A stretch of 64,000 nt of DNA from Candidatus Melainabacteria bacterium (GCA_016201905.1 JACQBQ010000010.1:69184-133183); one strand, 5' to 3'. Positions 9,908 to 19,907 are shown, counted from the first letter of the stretch. Notes: generated by a model from the letters alone, not told the origin. Numbers and translations are program-made.

Positions 9908-10225
9908 TTACTTCAAAGCTACACCTAAAAGTTTTTGCAGTTCACCACTTTGATAAAGTTCTCTCGTAATATCACAACCACCAATAAATTTTCCATTAAT
10001 AAAAACCTGTGGAATTGTAGGCCAATTACTATATTTTTTTATACCTTCACGCAGTTCATTGTCAGACAGCACATCTCTTGTCTGAAAAGAAACCCCAAGG
10101 CTATTAAAGGCATCAACTACAGCTGCTGAAAAGCCACACTGGGGAGCATCTTTAGTACCCTTCATATAAATAACCACCTTATTAGACTTAACATCTTTAT
10201 CAATTTTAGTTAAAATATCATCCAT
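9908..10225 (-). CDS. grxD: Monothiol glutaredoxin (Grx4 family)
   Basis: 105 aa with a CGFS active site. Confidence 0.85.
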   Translation of the reverse strand: MDDILTKIDKDVKSNKVVIYMKGTKDAPQCGFSAAVVDAFNSLGVSFQTRDVLSDNELREGIKKYSNWPTIPQVFINGKFIGGCDITRELYQSGELQKLLGVALK

Positions 10226-10252
10226 TTCAAGTCCTCCTTATTTAAGCATTAA

Positions 10253-10534
10253 TTATATTTCATGACCTAGTTCTCTCTTAAAACCAGGTTTTGCTTTTTG
10301 CCACTGAGCAGGTGAGTAAGTCTTTAAAGTTAATGCATGGATTTCATTTGTTTTTATTTCATTTGCAAGAATATCATAAACAATTTTATGCTGCTCAACT
10401 AAACTTTTTTCTTCAAATTCAGGAGATACCAAAATAACCTGAATATGATCCCCACCTCTTAAATCAATAACTTCCAGATGAGATATTTTAATTCTCTGCT
10501 TTATTTTAGATTCTATGTCCGTTATCGGTATCAT
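10253..10534 (-). CDS. bolA: BolA-family protein
   Basis: 93 aa BolA-like protein adjacent to Grx4 (the classical Grx-BolA pair). Confidence 0.75.
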   Translation of the reverse strand: MIPITDIESKIKQRIKISHLEVIDLRGGDHIQVILVSPEFEEKSLVEQHKIVYDILANEIKTNEIHALTLKTYSPAQWQKAKPGFKRELGHEI

Positions 10535-10547
10535 TTAATTCCTAGCC

Positions 10548-11195
10548 TTACTTTGGCATTCTTTTTCCTATAAATGCCATCAAATTATCATACTGCATAT
10601 ATGGATTTGTAATTTTCTGGTTTGCTAAAGTGTCATGCTCTTTATCTGAGTAATTATGTCCCGGAAATATAATAGTATCATCGCTCATTTTCATTAGCTT
10701 ATTATAAATTGTGTCAAACATTTGTTCTACATCTCCACCAGGAAGATCGCATCTACCACAAGCATTGATAAAGAGAGTATCTCCAGATACCAGGTTATTA
10801 TTTACTAAAAAACACTGAGAGCCAGGTGTATGTCCAGGTGTATGAATAAATTGGATTTCAATATTTCCTAGTTTTAATTTATCTCCAGATTCAGTTTTTT
10901 TTACATTTTCATATCCCCAATTAAACTTAAAATAATCAGCTTCATGCTTATTGATATAAACAGGTATATCCAGAACTTTAAGCAGTCCTTCAACACCATT
11001 TGTATGATCATAATGACCATGAGTAACTAAAGCAGCTCTTATATTCAAATCATTTTTTTTAGCTTCTTCAAGAAGAAAGTTTATATCCCAGGCAGGATCG
11101 ATGAGTGCAACATCATTTGTCTCTTTATCACCAATAAAATAAATAAAATTTTCCATTGGACCAACTTCCATTTGTTTTAAAATTAAGTTTTTCAT
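10548..11195 (-). CDS. MBL-fold metallo-hydrolase (glyoxalase II-like)
   Basis: 215 aa with the HGHYDH metal-binding motif. Confidence 0.7.
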   Translation of the reverse strand: MKNLILKQMEVGPMENFIYFIGDKETNDVALIDPAWDINFLLEEAKKNDLNIRAALVTHGHYDHTNGVEGLLKVLDIPVYINKHEADYFKFNWGYENVKKTESGDKLKLGNIEIQFIHTPGHTPGSQCFLVNNNLVSGDTLFINACGRCDLPGGDVEQMFDTIYNKLMKMSDDTIIFPGHNYSDKEHDTLANQKITNPYMQYDNLMAFIGKRMPK

Positions 11196-11398
11196 CTTTA
11201 TTAACAGAAATCTAAAGTTCTTTTATTTGGATTGGTACATTCTTCAATTCACATCTTACAACTATTTTCCCATTTTCAACATTGAGCTCTCCTTTTAAGA
11301 ATTACTTGCCGAAAGAAAGGTTTAGACAGCAACATTCTTAAAGAAAGTGCTACTCCAGAGCTTTATCATTAATATGCCTAAATTTTTATTCCTGTTCC

Positions 11399-13174
11399 TT
11401 ATGTCAGACATAGTTTGTGGAATCTTCCGCTTTCTTTCGAATTAAGCCTGTTCCAGTTTCCTGATTCAATTATTTGCCCAGCTTCAATCACATAAATAAT
11501 ATCTGATTTTTGTACTGTTGATAATCTGTGAGTAATATGCAAAATTGTCATTGTTCCATGTAGCTCATTAATAGCATTCTGTATTCGTCTTTCATTCTCA
11601 ACATCAAGATGATTGGTTGCTTCATCTAAAACTAAAAGTGCTGGTCTACGTAATAGTGCACGTGCAAGAGCTAATCTTTGTCTTTCACCACTTGAAAGTA
11701 GAGCACCACGATCACCAATTACTGTATTAAGACCGTTCCGTAGTTTTGAAACAAAGTCATATGCCTGTGCTAACTTAAGAGCATTTTTAATTTCTTCTTC
11801 ACTTGCACCAGGACATGCCCAAAGAAGATTTGTGCGTATTGTGTCATGAAAAAGAAAAGTGTCCTGAGACACATAACCAATTTGATCTCGCCATGATTTC
11901 ATGAACTCTGAAACAAGAGGAAGATCATCAATAATAATTGATCCTTTTTGAGGAATAAGTAAACCAATTACAAGATCTGCTATTGTACTTTTTCCACTTC
12001 CAGAAGAGCCAACTATGCTAGTAGTCTCACCAAATTTTATTGTTAAATTAAGATTTAAAAATATTTTTTGTTCAGTATGTAAATCATAACCAAAGGAAAC
12101 ATCTTTCAATACTATTGAATTCTTGAAAATAATTTGTTTATTAGACTGTGCTATCAGTTTTGAGTTCTGCTCACAGAGTGAGATTAATTGAGTAACATTT
12201 TTAAATGCTGGTAACATAGCTAATATTTCATGGTAATTTTCTTGAATTGATAAAAATCTTGGAACAATACGTGTAAACAAGTAAAACAATAAGAGCATAT
12301 TGCTGGCAGGAGCATTAAGAACCTGAAAGGAAATAAAAACAAATATACTTAAAACTATTACAGTTCCTATTTCAAACATACATTTTATGCCAACTTGGTT
12401 CTTTATATGTTTAATATTTATGCCTGAAACTTTCTTGGCAGTCTCAGCAAAAATTGACAAATTGTGCTCTTCTGCATTATAACTTTTTGTAGTTTTAATG
12501 CTGCTGAAATGCTCTATACAGGCTGCATACAAGCCACTACTTTCAATCGAAAGCTCTTCTCCTGTCAAGCATGTATTTAACAACTTCTTTTTCTGGAGAA
12601 ATAAGAGTAATAATCCACCGGCAAAAGCAATCGTTGTCATAAGCAAAGAAAATTGAACAGATAGAATTAAATATACAAAAACAACAAATAAGCCAACTAC
12701 AAGCTGTAAAAGATGAACAGTACCTGAACCAACCCTCTCAATTTCCGTTGTCAGAGCATGAGTAAAATCTGATGCTTTACACCTTGAAGAGAAAAGCCAA
12801 TTTGAATTTAAAATTGCCTTATATAATTTTTGTCTTAAGTTAAGCACATAATCATGTTCTATGGAAAAACTTACTAGAGACTGATATTGATTAGTCAGGG
12901 CATGCAGAGTTATAACCATTACATAAATTCCAAGTACTGAAATCAAGTTAAAGTCAACACCTGAAGATCTAATGAAATCTATAATAAAACCAGTAACCCT
13001 ATCTGATGATGCTTCTTTAGGTCCTATACCAATAAGCTGTAGAATTGGCAGAAGAAGCATGAGCCCTACACCTTCAGTAAAACTCAGAAATACCATGAGT
13101 AATAATGCCAGAGCAATTTTTTTGTTCGCTGTTTTAAGAAGGCTTACTATATAATCAAAAAAAACTTTTTGCAT
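11399..13174 (-). CDS. ABC exporter (fused permease and ATPase); candidate RiPP/lasso peptide exporter (D protein)
   Basis: N-terminal 6-TM domain and a C-terminal NBD (GSSGSGKST, LSSGERQRLALARAL, LLVLDEAT). The ATG at 13174 is preferred over the TTG at 13198. Confidence 0.8.
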   Translation of the reverse strand: MQKVFFDYIVSLLKTANKKIALALLLMVFLSFTEGVGLMLLLPILQLIGIGPKEASSDRVTGFIIDFIRSSGVDFNLISVLGIYVMVITLHALTNQYQSLVSFSIEHDYVLNLRQKLYKAILNSNWLFSSRCKASDFTHALTTEIERVGSGTVHLLQLVVGLFVVFVYLILSVQFSLLMTTIAFAGGLLLLFLQKKKLLNTCLTGEELSIESSGLYAACIEHFSSIKTTKSYNAEEHNLSIFAETAKKVSGINIKHIKNQVGIKCMFEIGTVIVLSIFVFISFQVLNAPASNMLLLFYLFTRIVPRFLSIQENYHEILAMLPAFKNVTQLISLCEQNSKLIAQSNKQIIFKNSIVLKDVSFGYDLHTEQKIFLNLNLTIKFGETTSIVGSSGSGKSTIADLVIGLLIPQKGSIIIDDLPLVSEFMKSWRDQIGYVSQDTFLFHDTIRTNLLWACPGASEEEIKNALKLAQAYDFVSKLRNGLNTVIGDRGALLSSGERQRLALARALLRRPALLVLDEATNHLDVENERRIQNAINELHGTMTILHITHRLSTVQKSDIIYVIEAGQIIESGNWNRLNSKESGRFHKLCLT

Positions 13175-13188
13175 AATATAAAATTTCC

Positions 13189-14931
13189 CTAAGTACAAAC
13201 GGGGACTTGTTCTTTAGTTTCGTCTTGTTTTGAGCTAGGTTTCTTATTCTCACCAATTTTCCATAATCTTAACGTATGCACAAAGCCAGCATCATCAGAA
13301 AATAATTTAACTTTATCTGGAGACCAGTTCTGAACTTCACAACAGTGAGCCACGACCCTTGTTCCACTCTTTAGTTCCTTTAAAAGTTTATTTTTAAATA
13401 TAACAGGCTGGACATCTGATAAATAAAATATAACCACTGTTGCATCTGACAAATCAACTTCCATAGCGTCTTTTTGTACGAACTCAATAAGCTCGCTAAC
13501 TCCTTCTTTTTTTGCATTTACTCTTGCTTTGTCTAACAACTTAGAGTCTATATCTATGCCTACACCTCTTGCTCCAAACCTTTTTGCTGCTTCTACCAGT
13601 ATTCTTCCATCGCCACATCCTATATCGTAAATCACATCATTTGAATCAACCTGCCCAACTTCAAGTATATTTTTAATAATCTCATGCGGAGTAGCAACAA
13701 ATTCTGAAAGCTTGCTTCCACCAAATTTTCTAAAAAAGTACTTCCCAATAAGTCTAATTGGTCTAAAGAAATAATACAAAACTGATAAATCCTTTGGAAA
13801 TGTAACAGCCATTAAGTCATTCAGCGAAGGATAAAACATAAAGCAGAACAAATAGCGTAATTTTTGAAAAAGTGAGTCTCTTATCCATATCTGAAAGTCT
13901 CCAATATTATCAAACAAAGATGCACTAACTTTTCCATAAAAAATTCTGTTTTTTATTAATTCACCAAGGTGTTTAATATCCTTATCTGAATTAATAATTT
14001 TTAGTATATTATTCGGTAATTTAGCTTGCAGAAAATTATTTGCAAGATAAAGACCGAGAAGGAGCATTCTTTTACATTTAAGTTTCTTTGCTTTAGTTAA
14101 AAGCAAATCCCAATCCAGATTTTTTTTCGTGTCTATAATTTGAGCTATGTCACAAATAAGAGAGAAACTCTCCCATGCATCCTTTGCACCATTTAAGCAA
14201 AGCACAAGAAGTAGGTCTTCAAGATCAAGCACTGGCAATGGCTTATCAAAAATTGTTGTTTTTTCATAGTGCCACGACAAATTATCAAGTGTAGTCCCAA
14301 GTAAAAAATAAGAAGCCGTAATTCCCCAATGGATTTCCAGGTGTATACCATCCTCATTATCAAGCTCATAAGAATAGTCATACTTTAAGTAAGCATCTTC
14401 AGTATCTGGGTGTAATTTATGAAAAGGCGTGTATCCTTCTTGGATAAGTATCTCTTTCACTTTCAAAGCATCTCTCTCTAGGACAAGCAAATCAATATCT
14501 CCATACTCTCTTAAACCAAGGTTGTTATATAGAATTAAAGCTAAAATAGGACCCTTATAGGGCATTACAAAGATCTTGTTTTGCTCCAGCAGATTTAAAA
14601 CTTTAATTAATTCTTTAGTCAAGTACAGATTACTTTTAGTAGCTGCGCGAAAATGATTCTTTAATAATTCCATTACATTAAATGGAAGTAGCTCGACAGG
14701 AAGTGAATTAAGGTTCCTATATAACAAGGGAAACAATTTATGTGTTCTGGCAGTATTTATAATATAATCCCAGTCAAGGCTTTCATTTAAGAGATCTCTT
14801 AGTTTACTAATCATATTTGTATTTAAATTAGTTCTTGCACAAGACGTTATAAGTTCTATTTCAAGATTATAATTTTTCATAAAATCAATTTTTAAATTAA
14901 TTGCAGATAAGTTGCCTTTCCGCCTTATCAA
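13189..14931 (-). CDS. Fusion of a PF14907-like 'uncharacterised nucleotidyltransferase' and a class I SAM-dependent methyltransferase
   Basis: The N-terminal half has YKGPILALILY...GDIDLLV, typical of the nucleotidyltransferases found in kinase-type lasso clusters. The C-terminal ~170 aa has VIYDIGCGDGRILVEAAKRFGARGVGIDID (SAM motif I). The start may instead be the internal Met at 14880. Confidence 0.6.
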   Translation of the reverse strand: MIRRKGNLSAINLKIDFMKNYNLEIELITSCARTNLNTNMISKLRDLLNESLDWDYIINTARTHKLFPLLYRNLNSLPVELLPFNVMELLKNHFRAATKSNLYLTKELIKVLNLLEQNKIFVMPYKGPILALILYNNLGLREYGDIDLLVLERDALKVKEILIQEGYTPFHKLHPDTEDAYLKYDYSYELDNEDGIHLEIHWGITASYFLLGTTLDNLSWHYEKTTIFDKPLPVLDLEDLLLVLCLNGAKDAWESFSLICDIAQIIDTKKNLDWDLLLTKAKKLKCKRMLLLGLYLANNFLQAKLPNNILKIINSDKDIKHLGELIKNRIFYGKVSASLFDNIGDFQIWIRDSLFQKLRYLFCFMFYPSLNDLMAVTFPKDLSVLYYFFRPIRLIGKYFFRKFGGSKLSEFVATPHEIIKNILEVGQVDSNDVIYDIGCGDGRILVEAAKRFGARGVGIDIDSKLLDKARVNAKKEGVSELIEFVQKDAMEVDLSDATVVIFYLSDVQPVIFKNKLLKELKSGTRVVAHCCEVQNWSPDKVKLFSDDAGFVHTLRLWKIGENKKPSSKQDETKEQVPVCT

Positions 14932-15850
14932 TTTGCATGTCAGATAGTATTGCCAAACTTAGTTTTCCTGGCTCCAAAATGCTTGCCTCATAAGTTATTT
15001 TTTTTGTAACAGCAAACTCTGTGGTTTTATTAAGAATAGAAAATTGCCTTTTTAACATTTCAGGATTATAGAGATCTAATCGAAAAGAAGACTGTAACAA
15101 TTCAACAAGACTTTCTTGGGCTGACAATGGTTCAATTGAAACTTCTTTTACATTCTCAGATGGGTTTAAAAAGTAAATGTGAGAGAGCCTATACTCACCT
15201 GTAGAATATTGTCTTTGGGAAAGAGTTATCCTGCACTTTTCCGTCGGATCATCAATCTCAGCATCTGGATTTAAAAACTTTAATACTTCAGGCCAAAGCC
15301 CGACGTGTGGGGTACCACTACTTGTCCACACTTCATTATTTTTTAAAAAGATGGGGACTACATTGTCTGACAGTAAAGCTAATCCCTCTTTTATCAAGCC
15401 AGCTGTTATTGTAGATTTACCAAAACCACTTTTGCCAATAAATACAAGGACACCTTTTTTGCTTAGGACACTACTTGCATGAAGAGCCTCAATACCACTT
15501 AGATTTAAAGCTTTTGGAAGTACTTGTGTAAATAAAATATGCTTTACTGCTTCTGACTCATAATCATCAAAACACTTGTAATAAATGTACTTACTGTCAG
15601 GTGAAATTGCAAAATCTACTTTTTCATCAATAAAGTGAAGAACAAAGTAATCATTGTTTTTTTTTCCTGCTCTTAGACAGACATGACCATCTATCATGTG
15701 CCAGTCATGATACCAAAGTACATTGTCTGTAATATTTTCATGTTTTTTATCCCAGGGCAACACTCTTATATCAGGCTCTTTGAAGGTCTTCTCAAGCCCA
15801 GAAGCAATTTCCTCTTCCAGATCTATTGATAGCCCATAAACACTATACAT
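14897..15850 (-). CDS. HPr kinase/phosphorylase-like serine kinase (RiPP/lasso-associated HprK homolog)
   Basis: 317 aa with a P-loop GKSGFGKST resembling the HprK C-terminal domain. It sits immediately downstream of the candidate precursor. Confidence 0.6.
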   Translation of the reverse strand: MYSVYGLSIDLEEEIASGLEKTFKEPDIRVLPWDKKHENITDNVLWYHDWHMIDGHVCLRAGKKNNDYFVLHFIDEKVDFAISPDSKYIYYKCFDDYESEAVKHILFTQVLPKALNLSGIEALHASSVLSKKGVLVFIGKSGFGKSTITAGLIKEGLALLSDNVVPIFLKNNEVWTSSGTPHVGLWPEVLKFLNPDAEIDDPTEKCRITLSQRQYSTGEYRLSHIYFLNPSENVKEVSIEPLSAQESLVELLQSSFRLDLYNPEMLKRQFSILNKTTEFAVTKKITYEASILEPGKLSLAILSDMQIDKAERQLICN

Positions 15851-15861
15851 TTTTTTCTTAA

Positions 15862-16017
15862 TTAAGCGCTTCTTCTGGTAGTTTCTTTTCCCCTACTCCT
15901 TGTACCTTGAGTTAATTTTGCTATAGTTCCATACTTAATTAATACTGGTGTATTATATGGTTTTTTTTGGCCCTTGTTTAAGCTGGTATCTAAATTAGAT
16001 TTTGACTTGTTTTCCAT
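15862..16017 (-). CDS. Candidate lasso-peptide precursor (51 aa; not in the ORF track)
   Basis: Translation gives MENKSKSNLDTSLNKGQKKPYNTPVLIKYGTIAKLTQ|GTRSRGKETTRRSA. The leader matches YxxPxLx3Gx5Tx exactly. The core starts with Gly and has Glu at position 8. The ORF overlaps the 3' end of the cyclase gene by 23 nt in another frame. Confidence 0.5.
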   Translation of the reverse strand: MENKSKSNLDTSLNKGQKKPYNTPVLIKYGTIAKLTQGTRSRGKETTRRSA

Positions 16018-17962
16018 ATTTTTCAGTCCCCCTATGACTTATTATTCTACCAAAATTATTTCTTGCCCAATATTCAAGGCTAATAATCTGCCACATAATG
16101 TCGCTCCACGTAGAATCATCCAGGTTATTTGCATATTTTTGACAATATTGCTCATATGAATCTAAAACTTTTCCTTTATCTATTAACCCTATCTGATGTA
16201 AATATGAATCATTTAACAGTTCTTTCACTTCATTATGATTTTCATAAATAAGCAATTTATTAATTAATGAAGTAAAGTCAGCTTTATCCATTCTGTTTTT
16301 TATTTCAACTGGTAATAATTGTTTCATTGACTCTCTTAAAAAACCTTTTGGTTTCCATCCATACACAAGCATTTCTTCTGGTACACTTGACACAAACTCA
16401 ATTATTCTTCTATCACATAACGGGTGCCTAAGTTCAACTGTATTTGAACTGGCAGCCAATCTATCTAACAGCTCAAATCCACTGACTCTATAACCATTAA
16501 ATAATGAACTGTATGTTTCCTTGCGGCTTATTGTCTTAAATTTTTTGTTTTTAAGATACCAGGGTTCTTCTCTTAGCCTTTGAAAAAGATTTTCTCTGTG
16601 AGGCTGGTTAATCCAGTCATATGTTTTTATCGGACGAATAGTCCTATAAAGTTTTTTAAACCACCTTGGTAGCATTGAACGAAGTGAATTAAGCGACATT
16701 GACAAAACAAGTTTCAGCACAAGTGGATAAGAAGCTAGTTGATATTGTGAGTATGCATCAATAAATGCTAATCCTTGAGCAAATTTTCCTGTAAACAAAA
16801 GATCTGTTGCAAGATACATTGATGCATCAATGTAGTCATCTCCCCCTTCACCAGTAAAAATCACTTTTCTTCCTTCATTTTTTGCCAGGTCATAAACAGG
16901 TTTAGTTAGAATTATCCCTTCAACACTCCATAGTGCCTGACTTGCGTGTATAGCATCAGGTACTTCCCAGAGAGGTTTTGGTGCATGCGAATTAATCCGA
17001 TTTGATTTAATCTTATATTTTTTTTGTACTATATTTATAAAATCACTTTCATCAGCAGGTTTTGTATCAAAGACTGCAGAATACCCGGATGTTTCTACAT
17101 TGGTTTTCTTTTTTGATTTTAAATCATCAATTAATGCAAGTACCGAAGAAGAATCCAGCCCACCACTAAGTGTTATTCCAGGTTCACTATTTAATCTGAG
17201 CTTGGAAATCATTGATTTGGTAAAAACTTCCATAAAAGCTTCAGTATAATCTTCAATTTTTTTAAACTCATTTGTATAATTCAGATTGATATCCCAGTAT
17301 TGTCTAATTTTAAAGTCATCTTTTTTTACTGTCATGCAATGAGCTGGTCTAAGTTTGAAAATATTTTTAAATTCTGTTCTTTCTGAATTTTCAAAGTTGT
17401 TGGTTAAATAAAGTGCCATAGAATCTAAATCTGGCTCCTTTGGTATATCAGGATGTTTAAATAAAGGAATAGCGTCAGATGCAAATGCCAAAAACCTTTC
17501 ACACTTATAAAAGTAAAATGGCCTTACCCCTATAATATCTCTTGCACAAAAGAGCTGATTGTTTTTACTATCCCATATTGCAAAGGCAAAGTCACCTATT
17601 ATTTTTTTAAGACAGGCTTCTTTCCAGAGGAAATAAGAGTAAAGAACAATTGAAGCATCAGTTATAAGCTCTGCTTTTATTCCACATGACTTTAATTCTG
17701 AGCTCAGTTCATTTCTATTATCGATTCTTCCATCCATAACAAGTGTCAATCCTGTGTTTTTATCATGAAATGGTTGTCTTTCTATTTCTTGTTCAGTTGT
17801 AGTCCAGAAGGCTCTATGCGCCAGTCCAACAACCCCATTAACCCAAACATCTCTTGCATTCTGACCTCTATCTGAAAGGATTTTATCGTCTATAACTTTG
17901 TTAAGGACATTTATATCAAACTGTTCTCTGTCAAAATAAAAGATTCCTGTTATTGCACTCAT
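15995..17962 (-). CDS. Asparagine-synthetase-like protein; candidate lasso cyclase (C protein)
   Basis: 655 aa with the PP-loop SGGLDSS. The N-terminus is MSAITGI rather than the AsnB MCGI glutaminase nucleophile, as expected for an isopeptide-forming cyclase rather than a true AsnB. Confidence 0.7.
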   Translation of the reverse strand: MSAITGIFYFDREQFDINVLNKVIDDKILSDRGQNARDVWVNGVVGLAHRAFWTTTEQEIERQPFHDKNTGLTLVMDGRIDNRNELSSELKSCGIKAELITDASIVLYSYFLWKEACLKKIIGDFAFAIWDSKNNQLFCARDIIGVRPFYFYKCERFLAFASDAIPLFKHPDIPKEPDLDSMALYLTNNFENSERTEFKNIFKLRPAHCMTVKKDDFKIRQYWDINLNYTNEFKKIEDYTEAFMEVFTKSMISKLRLNSEPGITLSGGLDSSSVLALIDDLKSKKKTNVETSGYSAVFDTKPADESDFINIVQKKYKIKSNRINSHAPKPLWEVPDAIHASQALWSVEGIILTKPVYDLAKNEGRKVIFTGEGGDDYIDASMYLATDLLFTGKFAQGLAFIDAYSQYQLASYPLVLKLVLSMSLNSLRSMLPRWFKKLYRTIRPIKTYDWINQPHRENLFQRLREEPWYLKNKKFKTISRKETYSSLFNGYRVSGFELLDRLAASSNTVELRHPLCDRRIIEFVSSVPEEMLVYGWKPKGFLRESMKQLLPVEIKNRMDKADFTSLINKLLIYENHNEVKELLNDSYLHQIGLIDKGKVLDSYEQYCQKYANNLDDSTWSDIMWQIISLEYWARNNFGRIISHRGTEKYGKQVKI

Positions 17963-18912
17963 TGCTTTTCCAACTTTACCAAGCCTATATTGATTTGCTC
18001 ATTTAAGAAAGAAAGTATATCACCCTCACACTCTTCTTTTTTTATATCATATTCATTTAAGAGCATTTGGGTTATTTCTTTGATTTTAATTGTTTTTTTA
18101 GCTTGATTTAAAATATTTATTCCGATCTGGTCTGTTGCATAGCAAGATGAATCTTTAAAATTATAAATTAAAATCTGATTGCCCAGAGATCGCATGAAGT
18201 AGTCTCCAGTTGTTTTTATCAAAGAGTCCTGCGATAAATGAAAATGTTTATTTAATTTTCTTAAGCTAGTATTTATTTTTTTTCTGTGAATTGGCTTGTA
18301 AAGAGGTCTTGCTCTAAACCAGCCAGTTAAAACAGTTCTTGTAACTTTGCCGTATACCTTGTTTACTCTGTGCTCTAAATAAGGCGCTACTCTAAAAATC
18401 ACAGCATCACCAAAACCATTATTAATAACTTCTTTGACCAATTCTTTTGTTCTTGAATTACGAATTTGAATGGCTCCACCTATGTAAAAATCTGTACTTA
18501 GATTAATACTGATTGATATCATTCTGTTATTTGTTAAGTCGTCATGCCATTTGTCATATTGTTCTTTGTCCGGGATTTTACTGTAAACCCTGCCAGTAAA
18601 ACATCCGATTTTTTTACAGCCTGTGATTTGTTCTATAAACTTAAATAACTTTTCATCATTCATCAAGAAGTGAAGAAAGCCTAATATTTTTTCATCTTCA
18701 AATTTATAACCAACTGCTTCATCATCTCCAACTTTATATTTATCTTCCAAGAACTTCTCTTTCCTTAAGCAGTTCTGAATTAAGGACAGGAGATTAGGCT
18801 CTAAAAATCTTTTTAACTTTAAGCAATGATTTTCACTAAACTCACTTCGCAGTATTTCAAAATCAGACTCTATTTCTGAGATTAAAATACCTGATTTTGT
18901 TAATTTAACCAT
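17959..18912 (-). CDS. Prolyl-4-hydroxylase-like 2OG/Fe(II) oxygenase fused to a C-terminal PqqD-like RRE domain (paralog 1 of 5)
   Basis: WHDD...GGAIQI...FGDAVIFR...EHRV...GKVTRTVLTGWF fits the HxD...H...R 2OG-FeII_Oxy_3 pattern. The C-terminal ~85 aa (..NILNQAKKTIKIKEITQMLLNEYDIKKEECEGDILSFLNEQINIGLVK) is PqqD-like. Confidence 0.6.
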   Translation of the reverse strand: MVKLTKSGILISEIESDFEILRSEFSENHCLKLKRFLEPNLLSLIQNCLRKEKFLEDKYKVGDDEAVGYKFEDEKILGFLHFLMNDEKLFKFIEQITGCKKIGCFTGRVYSKIPDKEQYDKWHDDLTNNRMISISINLSTDFYIGGAIQIRNSRTKELVKEVINNGFGDAVIFRVAPYLEHRVNKVYGKVTRTVLTGWFRARPLYKPIHRKKINTSLRKLNKHFHLSQDSLIKTTGDYFMRSLGNQILIYNFKDSSCYATDQIGINILNQAKKTIKIKEITQMLLNEYDIKKEECEGDILSFLNEQINIGLVKLEKQ

Positions 18913-18923
18913 TTTAAATTGTT

Positions 18924-19892
18924 TTATCTCGTCATTTCAGTGCATACAAGCCTATTTATCTTCATTTGTCTTATTAGATTTCTTAAATCTATTTCACATT
19001 CTTTTCCACCTACATCATATTCTTTTAAAATTAAATTTCTTATTTCAAAAAACGATTTTGGTCTGTCAAGTATTTTAAGGATTTTTCCACCAATCGAGTC
19101 CAATCCAAAACATACTCCAGTCACAGGATTAAATACAAGCACTTTATCTTTTGAATCTTGAAAGAATAAGTTCTGACTTCTCGACAATACTATATCAGTA
19201 TTATATTTTTTAGCTTCGCTCAGATTCCTATCAAATGTAATACTTCTTGAACAGTCTTCAAAAACAGGTTTGTAGATTGGTTTTGATCTAAACCATCCCG
19301 CAAAAAATGTTCTGCTTGCTTTTCCAGTTACCTCAGTAAGTCTATGTACTAACTTTGGAGATATTCTAAAAATAACTGCATCACCAAAACCAGTATTTGC
19401 AACCTCCTTTACGACTTTTCCTATGTTTATATCTTTGAGCTGAAGAATTCCTCCTTCATAAGCTTTAGTACTTAGATTTATACTCATTGCAATCATCCTA
19501 TTATCGACCAAGTCATTGTGCCAAGCATCTCTATGACCAGTGCCTGGGCTCATACGGCAAATCCTGCCTGTAAAAGAACCAATCTTACAGCAACCTGTAA
19601 CTTTCTCAATAACCTGAAAGAGTTTTTTGTCATTCACAAAAAACCTAAGCAAGCATTCAAGATTTTTATCTTTTAGCCTGCACATTGGATTGTCCTGATT
19701 GCTTGCAGGATAATTCACAGTAAAAAAATCATCACATTCATCAATTTTTAATTGTATAAGTCCAAGTAAATCCTTCTCAAGGAAATTAGTTAATTTTATA
19801 CAATGCTTTTTATCAAATTCTTTTTTCAAAAGATTAAGATCTTTTTCATTTGCTGTTAAGTTAAAACCTGAACTGGTAATTTGGATATTCAT
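18924..19892 (-). CDS. 2OG/Fe(II) oxygenase-RRE fusion (paralog 2)
   Basis: AWHNDLVDNRM, GGILQL, FGDAVIFRISPKLVHRLTEV and GKASRTFFAGWF, with a C-terminal PqqD-like segment. Confidence 0.6.
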   Translation of the reverse strand: MNIQITSSGFNLTANEKDLNLLKKEFDKKHCIKLTNFLEKDLLGLIQLKIDECDDFFTVNYPASNQDNPMCRLKDKNLECLLRFFVNDKKLFQVIEKVTGCCKIGSFTGRICRMSPGTGHRDAWHNDLVDNRMIAMSINLSTKAYEGGILQLKDINIGKVVKEVANTGFGDAVIFRISPKLVHRLTEVTGKASRTFFAGWFRSKPIYKPVFEDCSRSITFDRNLSEAKKYNTDIVLSRSQNLFFQDSKDKVLVFNPVTGVCFGLDSIGGKILKILDRPKSFFEIRNLILKEYDVGGKECEIDLRNLIRQMKINRLVCTEMTR

Positions 19893-19907
19893 ATCAATAC
19901 TTAAAAA

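Noticed and set aside
9152-14381. Antisense or internal small ORFs (9152-9412, 9935-10129, 11613-11849, 12972-13154, 14193-14381)
   Set aside because: They are embedded in better-supported genes on the opposite strand or in another frame, and have no domains.
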